32,372 nucleotides of DNA, taken from Octopus bimaculoides. Taxonomy: Eukaryota. How positions within the stretch are numbered: the first letter of the stretch is position 1; each line of letters opens with the position of its first letter. The stretch spans positions 12,782,067-12,814,438 of the forward strand of contig NC_069004.1 in the NCBI RefSeq assembly GCF_001194135.2, given 5' to 3'. The notes below the pieces were generated by a model that was not told the origin of the DNA, did no database searches, and was given only the letters and a program-made list of their open reading frames with translations. Made by a program: the position numbers and the translations under genes. Shown piece by piece: positions 21,402 to 32,031 of this stretch.

Positions 21402-21608
21402 TTTAGATTACCAGAGTTAATTATGCCCTCGGTGATTCTCAATTGCCATTTAAAAGGGTCAACTACTTCAATTATGTTATCAATGCTAATTATGTTCCCT
21501 GTGATTCTTAATTGCCATTTAGAAGGGTCAACTACTTCAATTAGATTATCAGTGCTAATTATGTCCTCTGTGATTCTCAATTGCTGTCTAAAAAGTTCAA
21601 CCACTTCA
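21402..21608. repeat. 69-bp tandem repeat x3
   Basis: Units start 21402, 21471, 21540 (207 bp); open in one frame on each strand. Confidence 0.9.
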
Positions 21609-21638
21609 AATACATAAATAAGTTTGGAAACAAAAAAA

Positions 21639-21738
21639 NNNNNNNNNNNNNNNNNNNNNNNNNNNNNNNNNNNNNNNNNNNNNNNNNNNNNNNNNNNNNN
21701 NNNNNNNNNNNNNNNNNNNNNNNNNNNNNNNNNNNNNN
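21639..21738. other. Exactly 100-N scaffold gap (right bound of probable mis-oriented block)
   Basis: N count 22+60+18=100. Confidence 0.9.
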
Positions 21739-22029
21739 TATATAAGGTTAATGCTGAGGATTTGGTAGCATTATAGTCTTCTAAACAGTTCTTAAACTGC
21801 TTAAAATCAAAAGTATATCAGATAGAGAATGTCTTGGACCAATGAAATAGAAGCAATACATATGTTTATTACTGGTATAATGATCCTCACAAAATAAAAT
21901 TTTGGGAAAAAAAAATGTCAGATATGAAGGTTAAATAACAGCTATCTCTGAGATAAGCTTATCAAATAGTTAAATTTAAGTTGACAAGGTATTAAGCGTT
22001 GTGCATACAGTGATTTTCCATGACTATTC

Positions 22030-22190
22030 ACCAAACTTTCTCATTTGGCTCCTTGATTTGGTCTGAAGTGGTTGTACCACTTTTTGATCTGGGTTTGCCC
22101 ATGGCATCATAACCAAAAGCCTACTGAATTTTCTGGATGGTTTGAGCTTGAGTATCACCAAGCATTTGGGAAAATTTGATACATTTGTTG
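22030..22190 (-). mobile_element. Mariner-type transposase N-terminal (HTH) pseudogene fragment
   Basis: Minus strand CIKFSQMLGDTQAQTIQKIQ*AFGYDAMG(fs)QIKKWYNHF, resembling mariner CIKF..LG....T...I..AFGD..M....I..W...F. Confidence 0.75.
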
Positions 22191-22431
22191 GAAACAAAAA
22201 CCCAACAGTCACACACTACACATCTGTACTCTAAGCATAACAGTCAGGAACTGACATAGACTACAGCTGCAAAAGGAAAGGGTGGCACTACCTCCCACGC
22301 ATAGAATTTTGCCCAAGTGGCATTAGCTTTGGTGGGAAAAAATAAAACCGGATACTTTCTGAATGCACCTCATACAGTAAACAGTTCTTTTAAACTTTGT
22401 ATTATTTCAAAACCTAACAATATACACAGAT

Positions 22432-22555
22432 GTAGCTGTGTATTTAAGAAGCTTGCTCACTGGGCAACACCTTGGGCAAGTGTTTTCAACTATAGCCCCA
22501 GGCCGACAAATGCCTTCTGAATTAATTTAGTTGGAAAACAACTGTATGGAAGCCT
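22432..22555 (+). mobile_element. Degenerate SINE family A head
   Basis: gtagctgtg..aagcttgct..caccttgggcaagtgttttcaactatagccccaggccgac. Confidence 0.65.
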
Positions 22556-23649
22556 ATTGTATTGTATATTGTATATATATATATATATCTATCTATAAAT
22601 ATTTTGCTGATCCCTTAATTATATTTATAAATATATGAACTTTTTTTGAATAAGTTCTCCACCAATAATGGTGCTTTCATACCGTTGGGCTTGGTAAAAA
22701 TTATTAATTATTAATTGATTTATTAATTAATAAATTGATAATTCCTTTACCCTTTTAATTTGTAATANNNNNNNNNNNNNNNNNNNNNNNNNNNNNNNNN
22801 NNNNNNNNNNNNNNNNNNNNNNNNNNNNNNNNNNNNNNNNNNNNNNNNNNNNNNNNNNNNNNNNNNNNNNNNNNNNNNNNNNNNNNNNNNNNNNNNNNNN
22901 NNNNNNNNNNNNNNNNNNNNNNNNNNNNNNNNNNNNNNNNNNNNNNNNNNNNNNNNNNNNNNNNNNNNNNNNNNNNNNNNNNNNNNNNNNNNNNNNNNNN
23001 NNNNNNNNNNNNNNNNNNNNNNNNNNNNNNNNNNNNNNNNNNNNNNNNNNNNNNNNNNNNNNNNNNNNNNNNNNNNNNNNNNNNNNNNNNNNNNNNNNNN
23101 NNNNNNNNNNNNNNNNNNNNNNNNNNNNNNNNNNNNNNNNNNNNNNNNNNNNNNNNNNNNNNNNNNNNNNNNNNNNNNNNNNNNNNNNNNNNNNNNNNNN
23201 NNNNNNNNNNNNNNNNNNNNNNNNNNNNNNNNNNNNNNNNNNNNNNNNNNNNNNNNNNNNNNNNNNNNNNNNNNNNNNNNNNNNNNNNNNNNNNNNNNNN
23301 NNNNNNNNNNNNNNNNNNNNNNNNNNNNNNNNNNNNNNNNNNNNNNNNNNNNNNNNNNNNNNNNNNNNNNNNNNNNNNNNNNNNNNNNNNNNNNNNNNNN
23401 NNNNNNNNNNNNNNNNNNNNNNNNNNNNNNNNNNNNNNNNNNNNNNNNNNNNNNNNNNNNNNNNNNNNNNNNNNNNNNNNNNNNNNNNNNNNNNNNNNNN
23501 NNNNNNNNNNNNNNNNNNNNNNNNNNNNNNNNNNNNNNNNNNNNNNNNNNNNNNNNNNNNNNNNNNNNNNNNNNNNNNNNNNNNNNNNNNNNNNNATATA
23601 TGAGTATGTATGTGCATGTATGTCTTTGTATCATTGTTTGTCACCCATC

Positions 23650-23840
23650 CACCCTACCTTTTGAATACTGGTGTTGGTTTGTTTACACCCCTGTAACCTA
23701 GCAGTTTGACAAGAGAAACTGATAGAACAAGTACCAGATTTAAAAGAAATATTACTGGGATTGATTCATTTGATTAAATTTCTTCAAGGCATTGCCCCAG
23801 CATGGACACAGTCCAATAACTGAAATAAAAGATAAAATAT
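23650..23840 (+). mobile_element. Degenerate SINE family A 3' half
   Basis: Similar to 14030-14206. Confidence 0.6.
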
Positions 23841-24087
23841 TGCTCCAGCCTTTACTTTTTTTATGAGGAATTTGTTGTATCTTTTTCTTGTTAATTCATT
23901 TTCCATCCAGAACATGACTGTGTGCAAAAGGGGTTCCCTTCGCATCTATATGGGTTTAGATTTGTTGCTCTTGTATGGCACCTTGGACAAGTTCCATAGC
24001 CTTGGCTTTGCCAAAGTTTTGTGACTGAAATTTGATTATCAAAAAACTATGGAAACTTGTTGAAAGGACTATTCTCGGATTGTTAAT

Positions 24088-24270
24088 TTAACCATTTAGT
24101 GTTCAGATTACTCTGTCAAATGTAATGCGTATTTATTCACTTTCTTTTAGATGAATCCTGCATTATCTCATAGCTTCAGGATTTCAATGATGTGAATATT
24201 TATTTCTAGAATGGCATTGTAGGCTAGGTATGAGAAGTTGGATCTAGCCAGTAAAACAGGTAAATTAGGA
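24088..24270 (+). repeat. Dispersed MITE-like repeat; second copy at ~25833-26047
   Basis: Both begin (c)ttta gtgttcagatta.tctg.caaat and share tagaatg.c.tt..agg.tag.t...aga and aaaacaggta. Confidence 0.55.
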
Positions 24271-24385
24271 ATACATTATCCAATGTGTTCTTGCTTTCTT
24301 TTGGGATGGTAAGGTATCTTTAGAGGAAATTTGGCTGCCATTTCCAGCAGATTGAGAAATCCTGTAGAGGCACCCTCATTGAAAC
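24265..24385 (-). mobile_element. SINE-like family D fragment
   Basis: Reverse complement of the 14930-15010 segment (atttggctgccatttccagcag). Confidence 0.45.
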
Positions 24386-24640
24386 TGTCACTGGACCATG
24401 GCATTAGTTAGTTACTGAGAGGTTTCATATTCAATTTTATTGTTTAAAATAACTTCTATGTGCTGCCTTCTAATTTTTGTTGAGTTCTACATCAAATAGT
24501 TATCAGTTAATCCCTTCCTAATTAGTTTTCCGTTACGTTGTATGATGTAATGTGTTGTAAATCCATGATCAAACATGGTATTTTGAAGATAATCATTTTC
24601 ATAAATTCTGTTTAAATGATGAATATTTTCTTTTCAATAG

Positions 24641-24718
24641 GTTGAAATGTGGTGTCCCAGTAAGAGCTGGAGAGGAAACTTAACTGAGAATCATCGTCAC
24701 AAAATATCTACAGTTTAT
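24641..24718 (+). CDS. MGAT5: MGAT5 coding exon (78 bp, phase 0-0): VEMWCPSKSWRGNLTENHRHKISTVY
   Basis: attttcttttcaatag acceptor, GTAAAT donor; continues YLSE|VE exactly as human YLSEVENWCPHLPWR. Confidence 0.9.
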
Positions 24719-24894
24719 GTAAATAACATTAATATATCTTTTTTTTACTATTTTAAGCATTTATAACTTGTATTTCTCCCATTGCCTTACTTCATAAGAA
24801 CCTGAATTTCTTTAAGGTGAAAATCTTGATGTAAGCATTTGATTTAGTTTCTGGTTTGGAAGCAGAGTGTTACAAACAGTAGCAGGGTAAGAAT

Positions 24895-25619
24895 GTTGGA
24901 CATAAGAAGCATCGGATGTGGTATGCAAGAGAGACGTTTGTGCTGGTATGGTCATGTACTATGGATGGATGAGGAGAGCTGTGTGAAGAAGTGCCACTCC
25001 CAAACAGTTGAAGGAATATGGGGTAGAGGTAGACCCAGGAAGACATGGGATGAGGTAGGAAGCATGACCATCGAACGTTGGGCCTTACAGAGGCAATGAC
25101 GAAAGGCCAAGACCTCTGGAGACGTGCTATGTCTGCGAAGACCCGGCAAAGAAAGTGAGTTCACGGCTGTATCCTACACCAGTTTTGCATAACCAGCCCC
25201 AGCCCATTCAAAAGTACCTTGGATTGTAGGGCGAATTGCTGTGCTTGAAGAGACCTATCGAGTCAAGTACATCAACTTCAAAATGAAAATCAAATGGAAA
25301 TTGTAGTTTTGATACCCATGCCAGTGGCACGTAAAAAGCACCATCCGAACGTGGCCAATGCCAGCACTGCCTCAACTGGCTTCCATACCAGTGGCACGTA
25401 AAAAGCACCAACCGATCATGGCAATTGTCAGCCTCCTCTCGCCCCTGTGCCGGTGGCACGTAAAAAGCATTAGGATTGGCATTAGGAAGGTGCATCCAGC
25501 TGTAGAAACACTGCCAGATCAGACTGGAGCCTGGTGCAGCCTTCTGGCTTCCCAGACCCCAGTCAAACCATCCAACCCATGCTAGCATGGAAAACGGATG
25601 TTAAACGATGATGATGATG
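24895..25619 (+). mobile_element. 5'-truncated RTE LINE (ORF end + 3'UTR + (GAT)n)
   Basis: GCGMQERRLCWYGHVLWMDEESCVKKCHSQTVEGIWGRGRPRKTWDE, then UTR subrepeats and tail. Confidence 0.9.
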
Positions 25620-26401
25620 AGGATTGGCAGATGAAATGTGACTAGATTGTCTTACTATAGACTTGTCTGGTCTGTAAAAAGTGGATGTAAAAATAAGCCT
25701 TCACTCAGACTCAGCAACTGTCTATGACCCCAGTTCTTGAGCTGTGAGTTGTGTCCTTTCTTTGATTTCTATTGCAATAACCCAGTAGCCCCAACTCCTG
25801 CCTATTTCCTGGCTATGCTTCACATCACCTTATCCCTTTAGTGTTCAGATTATTCTGCCAAATATATTACTTATTAATTCATATTGTTTCAAATTAATCA
25901 AACATTTATCTTGTCACTTTGAGAGTTTGATAATGTGATTGTTTCTTTTTAGAATGACGTTACAGGGTAGATGGGAGAGGCCAGATCTGGTTGGTTTAAA
26001 CATAAAACAGGTAGAATAATTCGGCCGGATATGGCTGGTTTCAATGCCCATGTCTCATCATTAGGTGGGTTACACTACTAAAAAAATTTGAGGGAATTCT
26101 TTGTTGGCATGCCATTCAGAAAGTCTGCAGTTTGTCCATGATTGCTTTAGACTCAAGTGCTGAGTGTTCGGATGTAGTCAATTGTTTTCAGTCTGTGTTA
26201 ACATTCTTTCTTAAATGCTGCCTTGTAATGTTATTTCATGTTACTAACTGTTCATACCTAATTTCTAAGTTTAATTGCTAATTAATGGTCTCTAATTATG
26301 GCACAATGGTTGCAGTTTTGAGGATCAGGGTTTAGTCAGTACAATCACCACCATTACTTGACTGGTACTTTATTTTTATTCATTCCTAATTAATGAAATT
26401 C

Positions 26402-26612
26402 TTAAGGTGGGGTGCCTAAGAATCGTTAGCATGCTGGGCAAAATGCTTAGTGGCATTTCATCCATCTTTATATTTACAGTTCAAATTCTGCCAAGGTTGA
26501 CTTTACCTTACATCCTTTCGAAGTTAATAAAATAAGTACCAGTTGAGTACAGAGATCGATATAATCAACTTACCCCCTCCTCCGAATTTGCTGGCCTTGT
26601 GCCAAAATTTAA
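26402..26612 (+). mobile_element. SINE family C copy
   Basis: ggtgg..aatcgttagcatgctgggcaaaatgcttag..gttcaaattctgccaaggttgactttacc..catcctttcg..aataagtaccag. Confidence 0.75.
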
Positions 26613-26717
26613 AAGCAGTTAATGAAATACTTGAAGTTCCACATTGATGTCATTCCCTTATGTATTGTAATATCTTCAACTCACCAAATTTGTGGTATTT
26701 TTGTTTCCTCCACCCAG

Positions 26718-26888
26718 GCCAATGTTACAACTAATATTGAACAGTTAATGAGTCTGTTGGTTGATCCAAATGAAAGGCAGGGATATGCTTTTATACGTAT
26801 GAGGATCCAGCGAATGTGGCAGAAATGGATAGTAGCCATCAAATCCCTTCTCAAGAAACAAAACTTGAATAAAAGACCTAAAAAGCGG
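26718..26888 (+). CDS. MGAT5: MGAT5 coding exon (171 bp, phase 0-0): ANVTTNIEQLMSLLVDPNERQGYAFIRMRIQRMWQKWIVAIKSLLKKQNLNKRPKKR
   Basis: tttcctccacccag acceptor, GTAAGT donor; matches human FRWMRLRIRRMADAWIQAIKSLAEKQNLEKRKRKK. Confidence 0.93.
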
Positions 26889-26978
26889 GTAAGTATTGGT
26901 TAAGAAATGTTTACACTTTCAGCTGGTCTTTCACATTATTATCCACTATAAAATAAAGCAACTGTATACACATGCACA

Positions 26979-27335
26979 CGATCATGGCAATTGTCAGCCT
27001 CCTCTGGCCCCTGTGCCGGTGGCACGTAAAAAGCATTAGGATTGGCATTAGGAAGGTGCATCCAGCTGTAGAAACACTGCTAGATCAGACTGGAGCCTGG
27101 TGCAGCCTTCTGGCTTCCCAGACCCCAGTCAAACCATCCAACCCATGCTAGCATGGAAAACGGATGTTAAACGATGATGATGATGAGGATTGGCAGATGA
27201 AATGTGACTAGATTGTCTTACTATAGACTTGTCTGGTCTGTAAAAAGTGGATGTAAAAATAAGCCTTCACTCAGACTCAGCAACTGTCTATGACCCCAGT
27301 TCTTGAGCTGTGAGTTGTGTCCTTTCTTTGATTTC
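26979..27335 (+). repeat. 357-bp near-identical direct duplicate of 25413-25769
   Basis: Two substitutions seen; includes non-TE flank beyond the RTE tail; runs into the gap at 27336. Confidence 0.95.
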
Positions 27336-28207
27336 NNNNNNNNNNNNNNNNNNNNNNNNNNNNNNNNNNNNNNNNNNNNNNNNNNNNNNNNNNNNNNNNN
27401 NNNNNNNNNNNNNNNNNNNNNNNNNNNNNNNNNNNNNNNNNNNNNNNNNNNNNNNNNNNNNNNNNNNNNNNNNNNNNNNNNNNNNNNNNNNNNNNNNNNN
27501 NNNNNNNNNNNNNNNNNNNNNNNNNNNNNNNNNNNNNNNNNNNNNNNNNNNNNNNNNNNNNNNNNNNNNNNNNNNNNNNNNNNNNNNNNNNNNNNNNNNN
27601 NNNNNNNNNNNNNNNNNNNNNNNNNNNNNNNNNNNNNNNNNNNNNNNNNNNNNNNNNNNNNNNNNNNNNNNNNNNNNNNNNNNNNNNNNNNNNNNNNNNN
27701 NNNNNNNNNNNNNNNNNNNNNNNNNNNNNNNNNNNNNNNNNNNNNNNNNNNNNNNNNNNNNNNNNNNNNNNNNNNNNNNNNNNNNNNNNNNNNNNNNNNN
27801 NNNNNNNNNNNNNNNNNNNNNNNNNNNNNNNNNNNNNNNNNNNNNNNNNNNNNNNNNNNNNNNNNNNNNNNNNNNNNNNNNNNNNNNNNNNNNNNNNNNN
27901 NNNNNNNNNNNNNNNNNNNNNNNNNNNNNNNNNNNNNNNNNNNNNNNNNNNNNNNNNNNNNNNNNNNNNNNNNNNNNNNNNNNNNNNNNNNNNNNNNNNN
28001 NNNNNNNNNNNNNNNNNNNNNNNNNNNNNNNNNNNNNNNNNNNNNNNNNNNNNNNNNNNNNNNNNNNNNNNNNNNNNNNNNNNNNNNNNNNNNNNNNNNN
28101 NNNNNNNNNNNNNNNNNNNNNNNNNNNNNNNNNNNNNNNNNNNNNNNNNNNNNNNNNNNNNNNNNNNNNNNNNNNNNNNATATATATATATATATATATA
28201 TGTATGT

Positions 28208-28240
<33 letters not shown>

Positions 28241-28241
<1 letters not shown>

Positions 28242-28388
28242 CAGCTGGCTTCTTTCAGTTTCTGTATACTAAATCCACTCACAAGGCTTTGGTCAGCCTG
28301 AGTCTATAGCAGAAGACACTTGCTCAAGGTGCCACGTAGTGGGACTGAACCTAGAACCATGTGACTGGGAAGCAAGCTTCTTACCGCA
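28241..28388 (-). mobile_element. SINE family A 5' half
   Basis: Reverse complement of 13820-13975. Confidence 0.85.
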
Positions 28389-28556
28389 CTGCCATACATA
28401 CATACATGCATACACACAGTCATATTTCCATATTTGTATATAGACACTTATAATTGTATATACATGCATCGATATTTGTGTATACATACATGTGTATGTG
28501 TGTATACATATAGATATATGTGCATGTGAACATATGTATGTGCATATGCATAGCTG

Positions 28557-28820
28557 TGCATGGCTCAGTGGTTAGGATATTCAGCTCATTGTCGTAATTG
28601 TCATGAGTTTGATTACAGGTGGTGCATTACGTCCTTAAGCAAGACACTTTATTTCACGCTGCTTGAGTCCACTCAGTTGACAAAAATGAGTAGTGCCTGT
28701 ATTTCAGAGGGCTATCCTTGTCACATTATGTGTAATGCTGAATCTCCCTGAGAACTACATTAAGGGTACACATGTCTGTGGAGTACTCAGCCACTTGCAC
28801 ATGAACTTCATGAGTGAGCT
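28557..28820 (+). mobile_element. tRNA-derived SINE with family E (Ceph-like) body
   Basis: A box TGGCTCAGTGG; body gtctgtggagtactcagccacttgcac matches the inverted copy at 29016-29398. Confidence 0.75.
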
Positions 28821-28950
28821 TCATGATCAAAGCCTTGTAAGTGGATTTTGTAGACAGAAATTGAAAGAAGAGAATTTGGTAGACAGAAACTGAAAGAAGC
28901 CTGTAGTGTGTGTTTGTGCTAAATGGTGTTGGTGTGTTTATGCCCCAGTG

Positions 28951-29015
28951 ACTTAGCAGTTCAGTAAAAGAGACCAATAGTTAATCTATTGGTCTCTTTT
29001 ACTGAACTGCTAAGT
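28951..29015. repeat. Perfect 30-bp hairpin with 5-nt loop
   Basis: ACTTAGCAGTTCAGTAAAAGAGACCAATAG-TTAAT-CTATTGGTCTCTTTTACTGAACTGCTAAGT. Confidence 0.95.
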
Positions 29016-29398
29016 TGGCATTGGCATTCCGTCGCTTACGACGTCGAGGGTTCCAGTTGATCTGATCGACGGAACAGCCTGCTCATGAAATTAACGTGCA
29101 AGTGGCTGAGCACTCCACAGACACGTGCACCCTTAACGCAGTTCTCGGGGGATATTCAGCGTGCAACAGTGTGACAAGGCTGACCCTTTGAATTACAGGC
29201 ACAACAGAAACAGGAAGTAAGAGTGAGAGACAGTTGTGAAAGAGTACAGCAGGGTTCACCACCATCCCCTGCCGGAGCCTCGTGGAGCTTTAGGTGTTTT
29301 TGCTCATTAAACACTCACAACGCTCGGTCTGGGAATCGAAACCGCGATCCTATGACCGTGAGTCCGCTGCCTTAACCACTGGGCCATTGCACCTCCAC
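29016..29398 (-). mobile_element. Full-length tRNA-derived SINE family E (Ceph-domain-like; possibly an octopus OR-type SINE)
   Basis: Minus strand GTGGAGGTGCAATGGCCCAGTGG (A box) ... GGTTTCGATTCCC (B box); CpG-rich; family name is inference. Confidence 0.85.
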
Positions 29399-29579
29399 AA
29401 TAGATTAAGTACTAGGCTTAAAAGAAAAAATAAGTACTGGGATCGATTCATTCATCTAAAAATTTTTGAAGGCAGTGCCCCACAATGTCCACAGTCTAAT
29501 GACTGAAACAAGTAAAAGATTAAATTAAAGAAATCTAACTTTATAATCTGAATTTCATATTTCAATTGTTTATTTTCAG

Positions 29580-29646
29580 GTTTTAATCCATTTAGGTCTT
29601 CTTACTAAACAAACAGGCTGGAAGTTTGCAGAAATGCAGTTTAAAG
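29580..29646 (+). CDS. MGAT5: MGAT5 coding exon (67 bp, phase 0-1): VLIHLGLLTKQTGWKFAEMQFK(G)
   Basis: tgtttattttcag acceptor, GTAAGA donor; matches human VLVHLGLLTKESGFKIAETAFSGG. Confidence 0.93.
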
Positions 29647-29979
29647 GTAAGAGATGAAAGATTTAAAGGAATTCTGTTTTGGATCATGTTTATAATGTTT
29701 TACTTTGCTCTAAAAATCCAAGTGATGTTCTTTTATATGGATATGAAGAAAGCTATGAATATTTGGTTATTTGCACAAATTAACTGGGTTTATTAACTGC
29801 TTTAAATGGACACCACTTGTTAAGATGAACTGGAAAAGGACATTGTGTCAGTGTTGATGAGATAAAGACACATACACACCATTTGTAGATATTAGCTAAA
29901 TAAACACACATGCACAGACACACACACACACATACATTTTCTCTCACATACACAGATGCATATACATATATTCTGCTTT

Positions 29980-30314
29980 TGGAGATCCAGAAAGACATGG
30001 GACAAAGTATTCAAGTCTAATCTCAAGACACTGAGCCTCACAAAGGAGATGAGTAAGTACCAAGATATTTGGTACATTGCTGTACTGAAGAAGGCTCATC
30101 CGCCACATTAGAATTGTCATTGGTGTTGGTACCATGTTAAAAGTATCAAGTAATTCTGTGGAGGGGTTTGCATTAGGAAGGGCATTCAGCTGTAGAAACC
30201 ATGTCAGAACAGACAATGGAGTCTGGTGCAGACCCTGGTTTTACCAGCTCTGGTCAAACCATCCAACCCATACCAGCATGGAAAACAGACATTAAATGAT
30301 GATGATGATGATGA
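29980..30314 (+). mobile_element. Degenerate 5'-truncated RTE LINE end
   Basis: gaaagacatgggacaaagt (RKTWDKV), ggcattcagctgtagaaacc, ccataccagcatggaaaacagacattaaatgatgatg. Confidence 0.8.
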
Positions 30315-30639
30315 CCTGTATATACACACACACTCTGTAGACATGATCTAGTTTTATGTTGCTACTGAATAAAGAACTAGTTTGTAGATAGATTTATTTT
30401 ACATTGGAACTGATGAACGATTAATATCAGGTTTGAAAAAGACAATCATTGATTTATTGCTTTGCTATAATGTTGAGATTGATGTGGGAATGTTTATAAC
30501 ACAAAATAGAAAAATATCACAACCTGTTCTTTCATACAAGATCAATGAACTTGTGTTACTTTCAAACAAGGCTAATGAGAAAAATTTTTAAAGTTTTCTC
30601 TTTGATATACACTGGCAAACGTTATTTCACACACACACA

Positions 30640-30680
<41 letters not shown>

Positions 30681-30751
30681 TTTAGACAAGGGCAAATAAT
30701 GTACATACACATACATGAGTGTATGTATATCTACATGCATATGTGTTTGGT

Positions 30752-31121
30752 GTACTGCTATAACCTAATACATTCTTGTTGGTTTTCTTCAAATATATAT
30801 ATCATCATCATCATCATCATCATCGTCGTCGTTTAGCAGACGTTAAACGACGACGATGATGATGATGATGATGATGATATATATATATTTGAAGAAAAGC
30901 AACAAAAATGCATTAGGTTGTAGCAGTACGTACATTTCGTACAAGCTTCATTTATTTATGTAGTGAGAACACCACATAAGATGTGCAATGAAATTGTACT
31001 CCTCAGCTGCATAATTTCATTGCATATCTTATGTAGTGTTCTCACTACATAAATAAATGAAGCTTGTACGAAACGTACGTACTGCTATAACCTAATACAT
31101 TTTTGTTGCTTTTCTTCAAAT
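30752..31121. repeat. Double fold-back: 109-bp-arm MITE-like hairpin (30887-31121) sharing its left arm with a second palindrome (30752-30929) centred on back-to-back RTE tails
   Basis: Arms 30887-30995 / 31013-31121 differ at 5 transitions, 17-nt loop; segment A occurs as A (30752), A' (30887), A (31079). Confidence 0.92.
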
Positions 31122-31219
31122 TTAATTCACCAAATCTTTTGATTTTGCTTTTGGATTTTACCCTACCAAATTCTGGTGCCACAAACATTTTAAGTATCAC
31201 ATTTAATCTTTTGATTAAA

Positions 31220-31263
<44 letters not shown>

Positions 31264-31480
31264 TTTGTTTTTATGTTCAGTTATACCAAGAACAATTCTA
31301 CATTAACCTGATGAATTACTCTATACGTTTGTAAAGTGCAAATTTATAATTCTTGATCAAGAATGTTGCTGACAGTGACTTCAAAGTTTCAGCAGCTAGA
31401 TCACTGTTGAATGATAGCTTAGCGAGCCAAAACTTCAAAGTTACTGTTAATAATATCCTTGTTTAAGAATAATAAATATA

Positions 31481-32025
31481 TCATCATCATTTAACATCTG
31501 TCTTCCATGCTGGCATGGGTTGGACAGTTTGATGAGAGCTGGCAAGCAAGAGAGCTGCATCAGATTCTAGTTTGATTTGGCTTGGTTTCTACAGCTGGAT
31601 GCCCTACCTAATGCCAAGTACTTTACAGTGTGTACTGGGTGCTTTTAACATGGCACCTCACAAGTACCCTCATGTTGCTTTTTATGTGGCATCAGGACAA
31701 GGCTCTTCAGAGCAATCCTCTTCACCATGGGTAGTGGCCTTAACACTTCTGCCATGGACTATGGATCTTCTTGAGTACAGCATGGCATCAGGTATCTCAG
31801 TTCTTTCTCATCTAGTCTGCAAGGTTCAGCATCCTGAGATTGTCCTTCAGTACTTTGTCCCATATCTTTGTGAGTCTCCCTCTATCATGTGTTCCATCTT
31901 CTCTGAGAGATCAGCACTTCTTCATGGAACTGTCAGCATCCATCTGCATCACATGACCAAACCAGCATAGTCTCTCCTCTTGCACACTGCATCTAATTCC
32001 TCTTACACCTAACTTCTCTCTAGCA
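31481..32025 (-). mobile_element. 5'-truncated RTE LINE end
   Basis: Minus strand KLGVRGIRCSVQERRLCWFGHVMQMDADSSMKKC*; (CAT)n at 31481. Confidence 0.88.
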
Positions 32026-32031
32026 CTCTAA

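Noticed and set aside
9127-29646. Two separate MGAT5 paralogs or a pseudogene
   Set aside because: The two exon sets are non-overlapping, consecutive, phase-compatible and stop-free, as expected for one gene.
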